This document shows positions 26,153-34,607 of a stretch of 38,409 nucleotides of DNA, piece by piece. Source of the stretch: a virus. Lineage: Duplodnaviria > Caudoviricetes. The notes below the pieces were generated by a model. That model was not told the origin of the DNA and did not search any database. It saw only the letters and a list, made by a program, of their open reading frames with translations. Each line of letters begins with the position of its first letter. Within the stretch, counting starts at the first letter, position 1. Where the stretch lies: IMG/VR virus record IMGVR_UViG_3300022181_000144, positions 1 through 38,409 of that record; one strand, given 5' to 3'. Position numbers and translations under genes: made by a program.

Positions 26153-27100
26153 TTAGTCGTTGGCCGACGGCGTGCCGATCAACACACCGGCCTCCGCACC
26201 CGTCTCGGAGTAGTAACACTCGAAGCGGGCCATCGCATCGGCCACAATCGCCGCCGCGATGGTCGTCAGATCCGACCGCACGAAGCACCGCACGATGCAG
26301 CCGGTCGTACCCGTCAGCATTTCGATGCCGGGCTCGGTGTTCTTGGGCGCCAGCAGACAATCCTGAATCAGGACGTTGGTGCTCAGAGTCGTATCCCCGC
26401 CGATGCAGGCGGTCGAGAACGTGCCCCGCAGAATGCAGTTGACGATGGACACCCGATCCGACGCACCCGTCAGCTTGATGCCGTGGGTGGAATGAGCCGC
26501 CGAAGCATGGGTCACGAACTCGCAGTCCTTCACCTTCAGGTTGCTGCACCCGGCTTTCACGTCGATGCACAGCACGAACTCGTCTACGCCCGCGCCATCT
26601 TCGCCCGCCAGGAACACGCAATCCTGAATCAGAACATCCGTCGCCCCAGCCTCCACGTCCACGCCGATGGGCACAGTCGTCACCGACGGCAGGAACGCGA
26701 GATTGTAGATGGCCACGTTGCTGGCCCCGACGTCAAACGACGCGCCCGCATGGTCGAAGTCGATCCGGGGCCGTTCCGACCCCACACCCAACCCCAACAC
26801 CGTCACGCCCGCGACATCCACGTCGATGGACACGCCGTTGCCCAGACCCTCATTGTGGCCTGGAGCCACAAGAATGATGTCTCCGTTGTTCGCCGTACAG
26901 AATCCGACCGCGTAGTCGATCCCGGCGAAGGGGGTCTCCCACGACATGCCATGAATCCCGTCGTCGGCATTCATTGCGTTCGTCGCACCCGAATCCACGA
27001 ACCAGACGTTCGCGTTGGGCAACGCCCGCTGATACCGCAGATTCGACAGCAGGGGAATCACCTCCAACCCATACCGCCGAATCAAATCTCTCACTTGCAT
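26153..27100 (-). CDS. Beta-helix (pectin-lyase-like) capsid decoration / spike protein
   Basis: WFVDSG...G.SWETPFA.IDYAV...GDIILVAPGH.E start, then repeated IQDC/VKDC/IVNC turns; directly after the capsid gene; RBS GGAGGAG. Confidence 0.7.
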   Translation of the reverse strand: MQVRDLIRRYGLEVIPLLSNLRYQRALPNANVWFVDSGATNAMNADDGIHGMSWETPFAGIDYAVGFCTANNGDIILVAPGHNEGLGNGVSIDVDVAGVTVLGLGVGSERPRIDFDHAGASFDVGASNVAIYNLAFLPSVTTVPIGVDVEAGATDVLIQDCVFLAGEDGAGVDEFVLCIDVKAGCSNLKVKDCEFVTHASAAHSTHGIKLTGASDRVSIVNCILRGTFSTACIGGDTTLSTNVLIQDCLLAPKNTEPGIEMLTGTTGCIVRCFVRSDLTTIAAAIVADAMARFECYYSETGAEAGVLIGTPSAND

Positions 27101-27113
27101 TGTATTCTCCTCC

Positions 27114-27155
27114 CCAGGATCAGAGGCAGGCCCGAAGGCCCACCCCTGGTCCCGG
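27114..27155 (-). other. 19-bp RNA stem with cUUCGg loop between the capsid and decoration genes
   Basis: CCGGGACCAGGGGTGGGCC-TTCG-GGCCTGCCTCTGATCCTGG; one mismatch and four G-U pairs; no U tract. Confidence 0.65.
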
Positions 27156-27177
27156 AGTCAAAGTTGTCCTCTGGTTA

Positions 27178-28698
27178 TCAGTTCAGGCTCGTCTCGGTGA
27201 GGCCCGTCAGCTTCACGCTGCGAACATCCATCGGAGCCACCAGCACGTACTCCATGAAGGGAGCCTCCAGCATCGCCATCGTCGCGCCGGTGCTCGCGTG
27301 CGCCAGCTTGAAGATCGAGCTTCCACCGGCCAGCGGAGCGATGAACTCCACTTCGCTTCCGATGCGGGGGTCCTTCCCGCCGATCCGAGGCGGAATGTAC
27401 CGCTTCACGTTGCCGCCGTTGAGCTTCAGGCCGTACAGGTAGCCGTTGATGCACATGCCGGAGACCACCCAGCGGAACTGACGCCCGCCGAAGCTGTACC
27501 CGACCGTGCTCCAACCGCCCTTGTAGTCCAGGGCCTTGCCGTCGCGATCCCAGAACTGGACGTTGTTGTACACCGACGGCTGCTCCAGATACTTCAACTG
27601 AACGCCCATCGTGGTCAGAATGGTATCCAGGCTCGCACCCGTATACGCATCCAGGAACCCGCCGATATGCTGGTTCAGCACGGCATCGGTCAGCGGGGCG
27701 TTCACCGCAGCGACCTTGCTCTTGAACTGGCTCTGGGTGTCCAGATCCAGGCCCGGATTCAGACGGTTGCCCACCGTCGCCGAACCGCCCAGAATCTGGC
27801 CGCTGCCCTTGATCCAGTCATTGAGGCCCCACGTCCGCATTTCCCGCGTCGCAGCCGAATGGTTGTCCCTCAGAATCACCCAGTCATTGTTGGCGATGCT
27901 CAGGCCGGAAATGTCCGCATTCGCGGTGCTGGCCACGGTAATGACGCCCGTCAGGTAATCCACGTCCGCGATGATGAGGGGGTAGTAACTCGTCGAGTAG
28001 TTCCGACGATCCGAACCGTTGGTCGCGGTCCCAAACTGCGGCACGCCGTTGGAATCCGCCAGGATGTCCACCATCTGCCCCACCCTGAAGAACTGCGTCC
28101 GCCCCGTCCCGAACTTCACCGTGAACGTCGCCGCGGCATTCGCCGTGGTCACGCCCTGGTTGACCGTCCAGTTCGCGATCTGGCACATGCAGTTCTTGTC
28201 CTCCATGAAGAAGCTGATCGCCTCCTGGAGCGCACGGTTCTTACCGACCGCCTGAATGTCCCGCACCACCTGCCGGATCTGATTGGACGCCAGAGCTTCG
28301 CCCTGGAGCCACGTCACTGGAATGCTGAAGTTTCCGACGCCCATGTGCAGCGACAGGATTCGCAGCAAGCTGGACGTGTGAGGAGCATCCACCGCATTCG
28401 GGAACGGAGCCAGCAGGGGGTCCGCCGAATTCAGGATCAGAGACTGATAGAACTCAGCCCGATCCAGCATCGCCGGGCCAGCCGGGTTGGAGTTGTTAAT
28501 CAACCCCGCCACGCCCGTTCCGAACAGGTGCTCCACTTCCCAATCCCGCCCGATCTGGCTCCGCTGCACGCCCAGACTGGTCGTCTGGATATAGTTGTAC
28601 ACCGGGTCCAGTTCCGGCAGGGACTCCTGAATCGTCGAAGGCAACTCCTCCTTGGTGAAATTGCCCAAAGTTTCAATCGTTGTCGAATTGACAGCCAT
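27178..28698 (-). CDS. Major capsid protein (506 aa)
   Basis: Follows the scaffold gene; strong RBS GGGGGAGG; strongly biased codon usage; features such as GLNDWI, TILTT, G...F and terminal KLTGL. Confidence 0.75.
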   Translation of the reverse strand: MAVNSTTIETLGNFTKEELPSTIQESLPELDPVYNYIQTTSLGVQRSQIGRDWEVEHLFGTGVAGLINNSNPAGPAMLDRAEFYQSLILNSADPLLAPFPNAVDAPHTSSLLRILSLHMGVGNFSIPVTWLQGEALASNQIRQVVRDIQAVGKNRALQEAISFFMEDKNCMCQIANWTVNQGVTTANAAATFTVKFGTGRTQFFRVGQMVDILADSNGVPQFGTATNGSDRRNYSTSYYPLIIADVDYLTGVITVASTANADISGLSIANNDWVILRDNHSAATREMRTWGLNDWIKGSGQILGGSATVGNRLNPGLDLDTQSQFKSKVAAVNAPLTDAVLNQHIGGFLDAYTGASLDTILTTMGVQLKYLEQPSVYNNVQFWDRDGKALDYKGGWSTVGYSFGGRQFRWVVSGMCINGYLYGLKLNGGNVKRYIPPRIGGKDPRIGSEVEFIAPLAGGSSIFKLAHASTGATMAMLEAPFMEYVLVAPMDVRSVKLTGLTETSLN

Positions 28699-28848
28699 CT
28701 GGCTATACCTCCCCCAGGAAGACATTTTCTCCTGGGCTATTCGTTAAGCAAACTACCGACCGCCGGGACACTCCCAACGATCCCACAGGTTCGTTCTGCT
28801 TACCAAATCTCCCGAGGCATAGCTCCGTTCGCTTACTTTTCTGGAGTT

Positions 28849-28865
28849 TAAGGACCCTGATGTTC
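28849..28865 (+). repeat. Dispersed motif copy 14 (intergenic)
   Basis: Exact 17-mer; inverted partner starts at 28902. Confidence 0.97.
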
Positions 28866-28901
28866 CAGTTGAGCGGGGTCAACTCACCGCCCTTTACTCA
28901 C

Positions 28902-28917
28902 AACATCAGGGTCCTTA
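28902..28917 (-). repeat. Dispersed motif copy 15 (intergenic)
   Basis: AACATCAGGGTCCTTA (lacks the final C of the consensus). Confidence 0.95.
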
Positions 28918-28941
28918 ACACGAGAAAAGCTCTTGGGCTTA

Positions 28942-29802
28942 CTACGCGCCAGCCCGTTGGCGGCGGGTCAGCATCTGGGCGAAACGCTCGATAGCGTTCT
29001 CCTCATAGCGATCCGTTCCAACGGCCTCTCGTTTGATCGGCTCATGGGAACCAATCACGCTGGCCATGTGCTCCAATCCACGAATGGATTGAGAGAGCGG
29101 CAGGTCCTTGATCTCGGCGGGGATTCCCAGATTGTCCACTCGGTTTCGTAACCTCTGTACGACCAAAGTGAGCATCTCAGGCCCCATCCGTTGACCGCCG
29201 TATACCCGGCCCAGCGTATCCTCTATCGCCATGTCATAGATCACGTTGTCGAAAGCCTGTTTCTTGCTTTCTGGAACAACAGATCTGATTTTACTGATAT
29301 GAGGGTCTTTGTCAACAAAATTCCTCACATTTTCCTTGATTTGTTCCTCCGTCCTCTTCACCGCCGCCTCTTCGTTCTCCGAGAGGATGGCCTTGAGCCG
29401 GTCGTCCAGATCGTCCACCGTCACCTTTTTCGGAGGCTGGCGGTCCTGATTCTTCCGGCCGGTCGGTTCGCCCTCCAGAACGGCGGGGTCCAGGTTGATG
29501 GCCTTGAGGAATTCGGCGGCTTCGACCTCGGAAGCGGTGCCGCTGCTGATCTTCTCGGCGAGGGACATGACGGACATGCCTTTGCGGGCCTTCTCCGCGT
29601 CCAATCCCTCGTACTGCTTGCGAAGCTCGGCGGCTTCCTGGAACTTGCGGTCGGCCCCTGCGCTCTTGGTCGCCAGGGCCACAAGCTCGTCCTGGGTGAC
29701 GGACAGGGTCTTGCCGTCCCCCACGTTCAACACCGTCAACGCCGGGTCGCCGTCGCCCTGGGGTTTTCCTGCGTCGTTGTTCGTCTGATTCGGTTCAGCC
29801 AT
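28942..29802 (-). CDS. Capsid scaffolding protein (putative)
   Basis: V.DG....VT.DEL......GADRKFQEAAE.RK pattern; charged and helical; lies between portal and capsid. Confidence 0.7.
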   Translation of the reverse strand: MAEPNQTNNDAGKPQGDGDPALTVLNVGDGKTLSVTQDELVALATKSAGADRKFQEAAELRKQYEGLDAEKARKGMSVMSLAEKISSGTASEVEAAEFLKAINLDPAVLEGEPTGRKNQDRQPPKKVTVDDLDDRLKAILSENEEAAVKRTEEQIKENVRNFVDKDPHISKIRSVVPESKKQAFDNVIYDMAIEDTLGRVYGGQRMGPEMLTLVVQRLRNRVDNLGIPAEIKDLPLSQSIRGLEHMASVIGSHEPIKREAVGTDRYEENAIERFAQMLTRRQRAGA

Positions 29803-30086
29803 TACTTATCCTCCGGGAGAACCAGGATGATGTCCTGGGGGTCGAAGGCCATGAAGACCTGCCCGCCTACGACGACGGGGACCCCGGCGAAGGGGCTGTA
29901 CAGGACCTGACGGCCTTCAGGGATTTCCTTGACATTGCTCTTGAGCACGATGCCCTGGAGCGGTTTCTTGGCGGCAACTTCGGGGATCACAATGCCGCCG
30001 GTCGTTTTCGTTTCGGCGTCCACCTGCTGGAGGAACACCCGATCCCCGATCACGGTACTCTGTTTCAACATCTGAACTGCATTCAT
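29802..30086 (-). CDS. groES: Co-chaperonin GroES (Cpn10)
   Basis: GDRVFL, ETKTTGGIVIP mobile loop, GIVL, VLYSPFAG, DIILVL. Confidence 0.9.
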   Translation of the reverse strand: MNAVQMLKQSTVIGDRVFLQQVDAETKTTGGIVIPEVAAKKPLQGIVLKSNVKEIPEGRQVLYSPFAGVPVVVGGQVFMAFDPQDIILVLPEDK

Positions 30087-32068
30087 CACATGACTCCTGG
30101 ACCCATGCCGGGGTTCATCCGGTTCATGGCTTCCTGCTCAATAGCCCCTTCTTCGGGGTACGGAAGCTGCTCCGGGAACCCCGCCAAACGATCCTGGCGA
30201 GCGAGCAGCAAATCGGTGAATTTCTGACGCACTTGCGGCGACGCCGCATAGAACTCTGGCCGGGCCATAAAGGCAGTAATAACCCGGATGTGTATTTCAT
30301 GGAGATCATGGTCGTTTACCTCCACCTGCCCCGGCGTCTGCCCGTCTCCGAACAAGATGATGTTGTTCATCACGGCCCGCCGCCAGTTTTGCCACTCCGC
30401 TTCACTGCCGACAGGAAGCCCCAGATCCCGCTTACGGACCTCGATCCGATACTCCGTCACGTCGATGATCCCCTGGGCCAGGGCATTCTGAAGCTCTACC
30501 TTCTCCTGCTCCTTGGAACGGGGCATCATCGACTCCACCGAAATATCCACCGTATCGGGATGCGGCAGGGAATTCAGACCGGTGTTCAAAGACACGGTGC
30601 CGGTGGACGGATCAAGCTGGACACCCGCCATCGCGTCGTCCAATACCGCCACTTCCACCGCCTTTTCCGGCCCCCAGATCGTCGGCAGCAGGGCCAGAAT
30701 CGCCTCATAGCAACCGGAAATCGCCGCCGCGAGGCTGATGACCGAAGGCGTCAACGGGGTGTTGCTCACTTCGTAAAGGAAGCCCAGCCCCGACTGAGAG
30801 TCCACACGGCCCGGTGCCCCTCCCCCCAGCATTTCCGTGGGCTGGTTGGCAATCCGATTGTTCAATTCCGCCCCCAGCTTGATGGTCTCGGCAGGGAGCG
30901 TCCCGGCGTTCGCCGGTTCAATGTTAAACGGCTTGAGATCGGGAACCGTGTAATCCGGGGCGTACACAATCCTCTTGGTCCCATCGGAACTCCGGATCAC
31001 TTCCGGGGGGATGCCCAGGGTCGTCGGCAGGCACAGCAGCCCATAGGTGTCGAAATCCTGCACGTTGGTGAACAGACGCCCCAGGGAATACTCCATTTCG
31101 GCATTCATCGGAATGACGGTGCTGAGGAACCCCCGCCCGTAGAATCCGCCGGTTGGGATGTCCACCGCCACCCGCAGAGGCATCGGCATCCGGACATCGG
31201 TGTATTCCTTACGGTACACCAGCTTGCCCCCGGCCATGACCACGTACTCCTTTACGTAACCATCCTGCGTCCACGTCCACAACTCGACGAAACGCACCAC
31301 AGGCACCTTGGTCTTATCCTTTTTCGCCCCGGCCCCTCCCCGCCAATGCTTCTCCAGCCGGGCGTTTCCCGTACTCCCGGAACCTCCGAACGTCGCGAAG
31401 CGACCGCTGGCGTCATCCGGCAGTTCCCCGGCGGGCATTTCCATCTCCTCCATCCCGGTCCATTTGACGCTTCGGCCCACATACGGTAAGCCCTTGACCC
31501 ACTCTTTCGGCACCCACCGCACCCTGGCCAACCCCCGCTCTTCGGAAGACTCCAGGGGCCGTGACGGAACCGGAACCAGTTCCCACGGCATCACCAGATC
31601 AATGCCCACCTGCTCCTGGTCGTTCCACACGGCGAACCCCACGCACCCATACTTCAGGAACGGAGGGCACGCGGCCATGTGCATCCTCTTGACCTTCGAG
31701 GGGGGCATCGCCGCCCGCAGCGCAATGTTCGCAAGGGTGGCGTTCCTCATGTCCTCCAGGCCGATGCTCTTTCTCCGCACGCGGGGATTGAGGTCCATCT
31801 GGAGCATCCGGCCCACCTGCGCCTGGAACTTGCTCACCACGTCCTCATACCGGAACTGAATCAGTCCGTCTTCGTTGGCGTAGTCCACGTCCAGCGTCCC
31901 GTTGGTGAAGTCGGCCCCGGCGAACTTCCTCGCCCCATGCAGATAGTGATGGATATACCACCAATGCACTTCCTTCACCGAACGGTCCTGCTCTCCAACC
32001 TCCACAAGGTTGTTGACCACGGCCTCCAGTTGCTCGGTGTCCTTCGGTAGTTCTACTTCGTATGCCAT
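30086..32068 (-). CDS. Portal protein
   Basis: About 660 aa, downstream of TerL; GGFYGRG, GRVDS..GL..L and D.H..HI..I motifs with a Pro/Met-rich tail, as in podovirus-type portals. Confidence 0.8.
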   Translation of the reverse strand: MAYEVELPKDTEQLEAVVNNLVEVGEQDRSVKEVHWWYIHHYLHGARKFAGADFTNGTLDVDYANEDGLIQFRYEDVVSKFQAQVGRMLQMDLNPRVRRKSIGLEDMRNATLANIALRAAMPPSKVKRMHMAACPPFLKYGCVGFAVWNDQEQVGIDLVMPWELVPVPSRPLESSEERGLARVRWVPKEWVKGLPYVGRSVKWTGMEEMEMPAGELPDDASGRFATFGGSGSTGNARLEKHWRGGAGAKKDKTKVPVVRFVELWTWTQDGYVKEYVVMAGGKLVYRKEYTDVRMPMPLRVAVDIPTGGFYGRGFLSTVIPMNAEMEYSLGRLFTNVQDFDTYGLLCLPTTLGIPPEVIRSSDGTKRIVYAPDYTVPDLKPFNIEPANAGTLPAETIKLGAELNNRIANQPTEMLGGGAPGRVDSQSGLGFLYEVSNTPLTPSVISLAAAISGCYEAILALLPTIWGPEKAVEVAVLDDAMAGVQLDPSTGTVSLNTGLNSLPHPDTVDISVESMMPRSKEQEKVELQNALAQGIIDVTEYRIEVRKRDLGLPVGSEAEWQNWRRAVMNNIILFGDGQTPGQVEVNDHDLHEIHIRVITAFMARPEFYAASPQVRQKFTDLLLARQDRLAGFPEQLPYPEEGAIEQEAMNRMNPGMGPGVM

Positions 32069-32442
32069 CACTCACCCCCATCCTTCAAAGCCTGCGGCCT
32101 GCGGGATTCCGTCACCCTCAACCCCGGCATGGGGGGAGGCGTCAACTCCGATTGTTTTAAGGACCCTGATGTTCCAGGGGACTGATGCTGGACGGCGGCG
32201 AGGCCCCCCAGCTTCTCCAGGGACTCGCGGGCGCGGAGTTGCTGGAGAATGGCAGGCCCCATCGTCGGGGAAATCTCCGCACTGAGCTTGGCGGCGTAGG
32301 TCGCCAGCTGCACGTCATTCAAGGCTTTGACGGACGAACGCAGAAGCGAGGTTAGGATGTTGACGGTTCGCACCAGCACCAGAAGCGCGAGGCACAATCC
32401 GACCGCCAACGCTAACCAGATCCACACCATTGGTTGTTCCAT
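32068..32442 (-). CDS. Small membrane-anchored protein between terminase and portal
   Basis: RBS GAGG, ATG at 32442, TM helix VWIWLALAVGLCLALLVLV; overlaps the TerL 3' end. Confidence 0.55.
   Translation of the reverse strand: MEQPMVWIWLALAVGLCLALLVLVRTVNILTSLLRSSVKALNDVQLATYAAKLSAEISPTMGPAILQQLRARESLEKLGGLAAVQHQSPGTSGSLKQSELTPPPMPGLRVTESRRPQALKDGGE
32158..32174 (+). repeat. Dispersed motif copy 16 (intragenic, read as TSGSL)
   Basis: Exact 17-mer followed by CAGGG. Confidence 0.97.
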
Positions 32443-34369
32443 AAGGGTATCCTCGTGCGTCCCGGATTCTGTGGGGACGCGGCACAATGTAGGGTTTGCG
32501 GGCCATCGCCGGAGCGAAGTGCCCGTTATGGCCTGTATGGTAAGCCCGACGAACGATGGCCTCCAGAATGTCCATCGACAGTTCGTTGGCGTTGAACGCG
32601 CTGAGGCGGGGCACCCCGCCCGCAACCCACAAGTCACCCGTCTCGATCTGTTGGGACAGGGTCTGACGGGGCGGCGGGGGAGGTTCGTTGTTGCCCTGGC
32701 CGTGTACGACGTAGTGCGTCATGGCAACCGTATCAATCGCGTCGTCGTGTGCCAGCATTCCCAGGTCATACGTGAAATCGTTGATCTCTGCGATCAACTC
32801 TTTCCAAGGCCACTCACTGAGCCAATTGGCCGGAATCTTGATCTTGCCCCGAGAAAATCTCCACTCCAGGGTAGCGATCCGCTGGCCTTTCTTGGTCCGA
32901 TCCTTCGTCTCGGTGTAGTCCACCGGCATGACGCGGGGTGCCCAACCGCAGATTTTCTTCTCCTCCATCATCGTCTTGCACGAATCGTACAATTCGATCT
33001 GGGTACTGCAACTCTCGACCCCGATGACGCGGGCTCCCCACTTGAACCCCAGGCGGAAGATGTGCCCCAGCAGCTGCTCCTTGGGACAGCGGCCCAGCCA
33101 CATGTCCAGAATCCATAGGCAGTTCGAGGAGTCGAAGCCGGAGACGCACACGCAGCTGTAATCACTGTGGCGCGTGACCGTCTTGGCGGAATCCACCGTG
33201 ACGACCACGTACAGTTGGTTGAACAACTGGCGGGCCTCGAAGTCGGTCTTCACCCACGCCCAGTTTTTGTCGGGCTGGAGGATGTTGGTCCGGATCTTGG
33301 TGGGGCTTCGTAACGGTTCCGACATGTAGATTTCATCGGGGTCCTCCACCAAGTAATAATTCTTCTTGGGGTCCAGCGTGAAAGACTTGTCGGCTCCCGA
33401 TCCCACTTCATTCTGATACTCCCTGGCGAACGCCTCCGGCCCGATCTCCGCCTTGCGGATACGCAGAGCCTCGGTGTCCCAATTCGATTCCCACAGCAAC
33501 TCCCGCTTGGCGGGGTCCTGGGCGTCCGGGTCGCCCGCCTTGTAGTGCTTCTTGTTCCAATACTGGAACCGCTTGTCCTCGTCGCCCAGGGCGTAGGACA
33601 GAAAGCTCTGCTTGCCGATGACCGTGCCCACCCAGAAGATGCCGGACCCCTGCTCCAACATGGGGATGATCTGCTGGAACATGAGGTTCTCGAACTTCTC
33701 CCGCGACACAAGGCCCGCCGTCTCGCTGTTCGTATGGTCGTCGTACTCCGGGTCGTCGAGGATCAGGATGTCCGGGCGACCGCCTCGCTTACGCCCCGTC
33801 ACGCTCATGCCGAAGATCATGCTGCCGTTGGCCAGCATCAACCGCTTCTTGTTCCAGATGCCGCTGCCCCGCTTGGGCTTCATCGCCCCGAAGTCATGGA
33901 GCAGATACTCATTCTCCACCAGCTGTTTCTCGATGGCGGCAAGCCGGGCCTCCACCATTTCATCGGTCGCCATGCAGATGGCGATGCGGAGGTTGGGCCG
34001 GGTGACGGCCAGGAACAGAGGGGCCTCGGTGCCGATCACGATGGACTTGGCGAACCCGCGAGGAGCCGCCGCCATGTTCCGGCCATAGGCCCCCAGGTCG
34101 TAGATCATCTGGTAATGGAAGGGAGGGCTGGGTTTGAAGTTGTGGTAGAAGAACCCCGCCGGGGTCGTCATCAGGTACAGACGGCGGAACGTGTCCCAGG
34201 CCGCGACGAACTCCAGAGGCGTCCGCTGGCGACAGACGGCCTCCACTCGTGCGATCTTCTGCCCCTCTTTGCTGAGGGACATGTATTCCGCCGGAAGCGG
34301 GTAAAGCTCATTGTCCGGCTCAAGTTGTTGGTACTCCCAAGGCTGGAGAGTCGATGGATCTACCTGCAC
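32315..34369 (-). CDS. terL: Terminase large subunit
   Basis: Walker A APRGFAKS, RGGRPDILILDDPE Walker B, VGT, REYQN, and nuclease motifs VTVDSA, SDYS, HDDAIDT. Confidence 0.92.
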   Translation of the reverse strand: MQVDPSTLQPWEYQQLEPDNELYPLPAEYMSLSKEGQKIARVEAVCRQRTPLEFVAAWDTFRRLYLMTTPAGFFYHNFKPSPPFHYQMIYDLGAYGRNMAAAPRGFAKSIVIGTEAPLFLAVTRPNLRIAICMATDEMVEARLAAIEKQLVENEYLLHDFGAMKPKRGSGIWNKKRLMLANGSMIFGMSVTGRKRGGRPDILILDDPEYDDHTNSETAGLVSREKFENLMFQQIIPMLEQGSGIFWVGTVIGKQSFLSYALGDEDKRFQYWNKKHYKAGDPDAQDPAKRELLWESNWDTEALRIRKAEIGPEAFAREYQNEVGSGADKSFTLDPKKNYYLVEDPDEIYMSEPLRSPTKIRTNILQPDKNWAWVKTDFEARQLFNQLYVVVTVDSAKTVTRHSDYSCVCVSGFDSSNCLWILDMWLGRCPKEQLLGHIFRLGFKWGARVIGVESCSTQIELYDSCKTMMEEKKICGWAPRVMPVDYTETKDRTKKGQRIATLEWRFSRGKIKIPANWLSEWPWKELIAEINDFTYDLGMLAHDDAIDTVAMTHYVVHGQGNNEPPPPPRQTLSQQIETGDLWVAGGVPRLSAFNANELSMDILEAIVRRAYHTGHNGHFAPAMARKPYIVPRPHRIRDARGYPYGTTNGVDLVSVGGRIVPRASGAGANRQHPNLASAFVRQSLE

Positions 34370-34500
34370 CTGCGTTTCACTTTATCCCCAGCTTTCCGGG
34401 GCTTCTCCGGAGACTGGGTGGGGAGAATCTCTCCCCGCATGTACGCTTCGTACTCCCGGATGGAGCCGAAGAATTTCGGTTTGGCGTTTGACAATGCCAT
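34360..34500 (-). CDS. Small basic hypothetical protein
   Basis: RBS GGAGG, ATG at 34500; overlaps the TerL start. Confidence 0.4.
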   Translation of the reverse strand: MALSNAKPKFFGSIREYEAYMRGEILPTQSPEKPRKAGDKVKRRCR

Positions 34501-34558
34501 ATCGCTATTGTACCTCCGTTTACTCTTTTGTGTCAACGATCTTCCCATGAGAATTTTC

Positions 34559-34591
34559 TAAGGACCCTGATGTTCAAGGACCCTGATGTTC
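34559..34591 (+). repeat. Dispersed motif copies 17 and 18, perfect tandem dimer
   Basis: T-AAGGACCCTGATGTTC-AAGGACCCTGATGTTC with no spacer. Confidence 0.97.
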
Positions 34592-34607
34592 GGGAGTTCC
34601 GTCCCGC

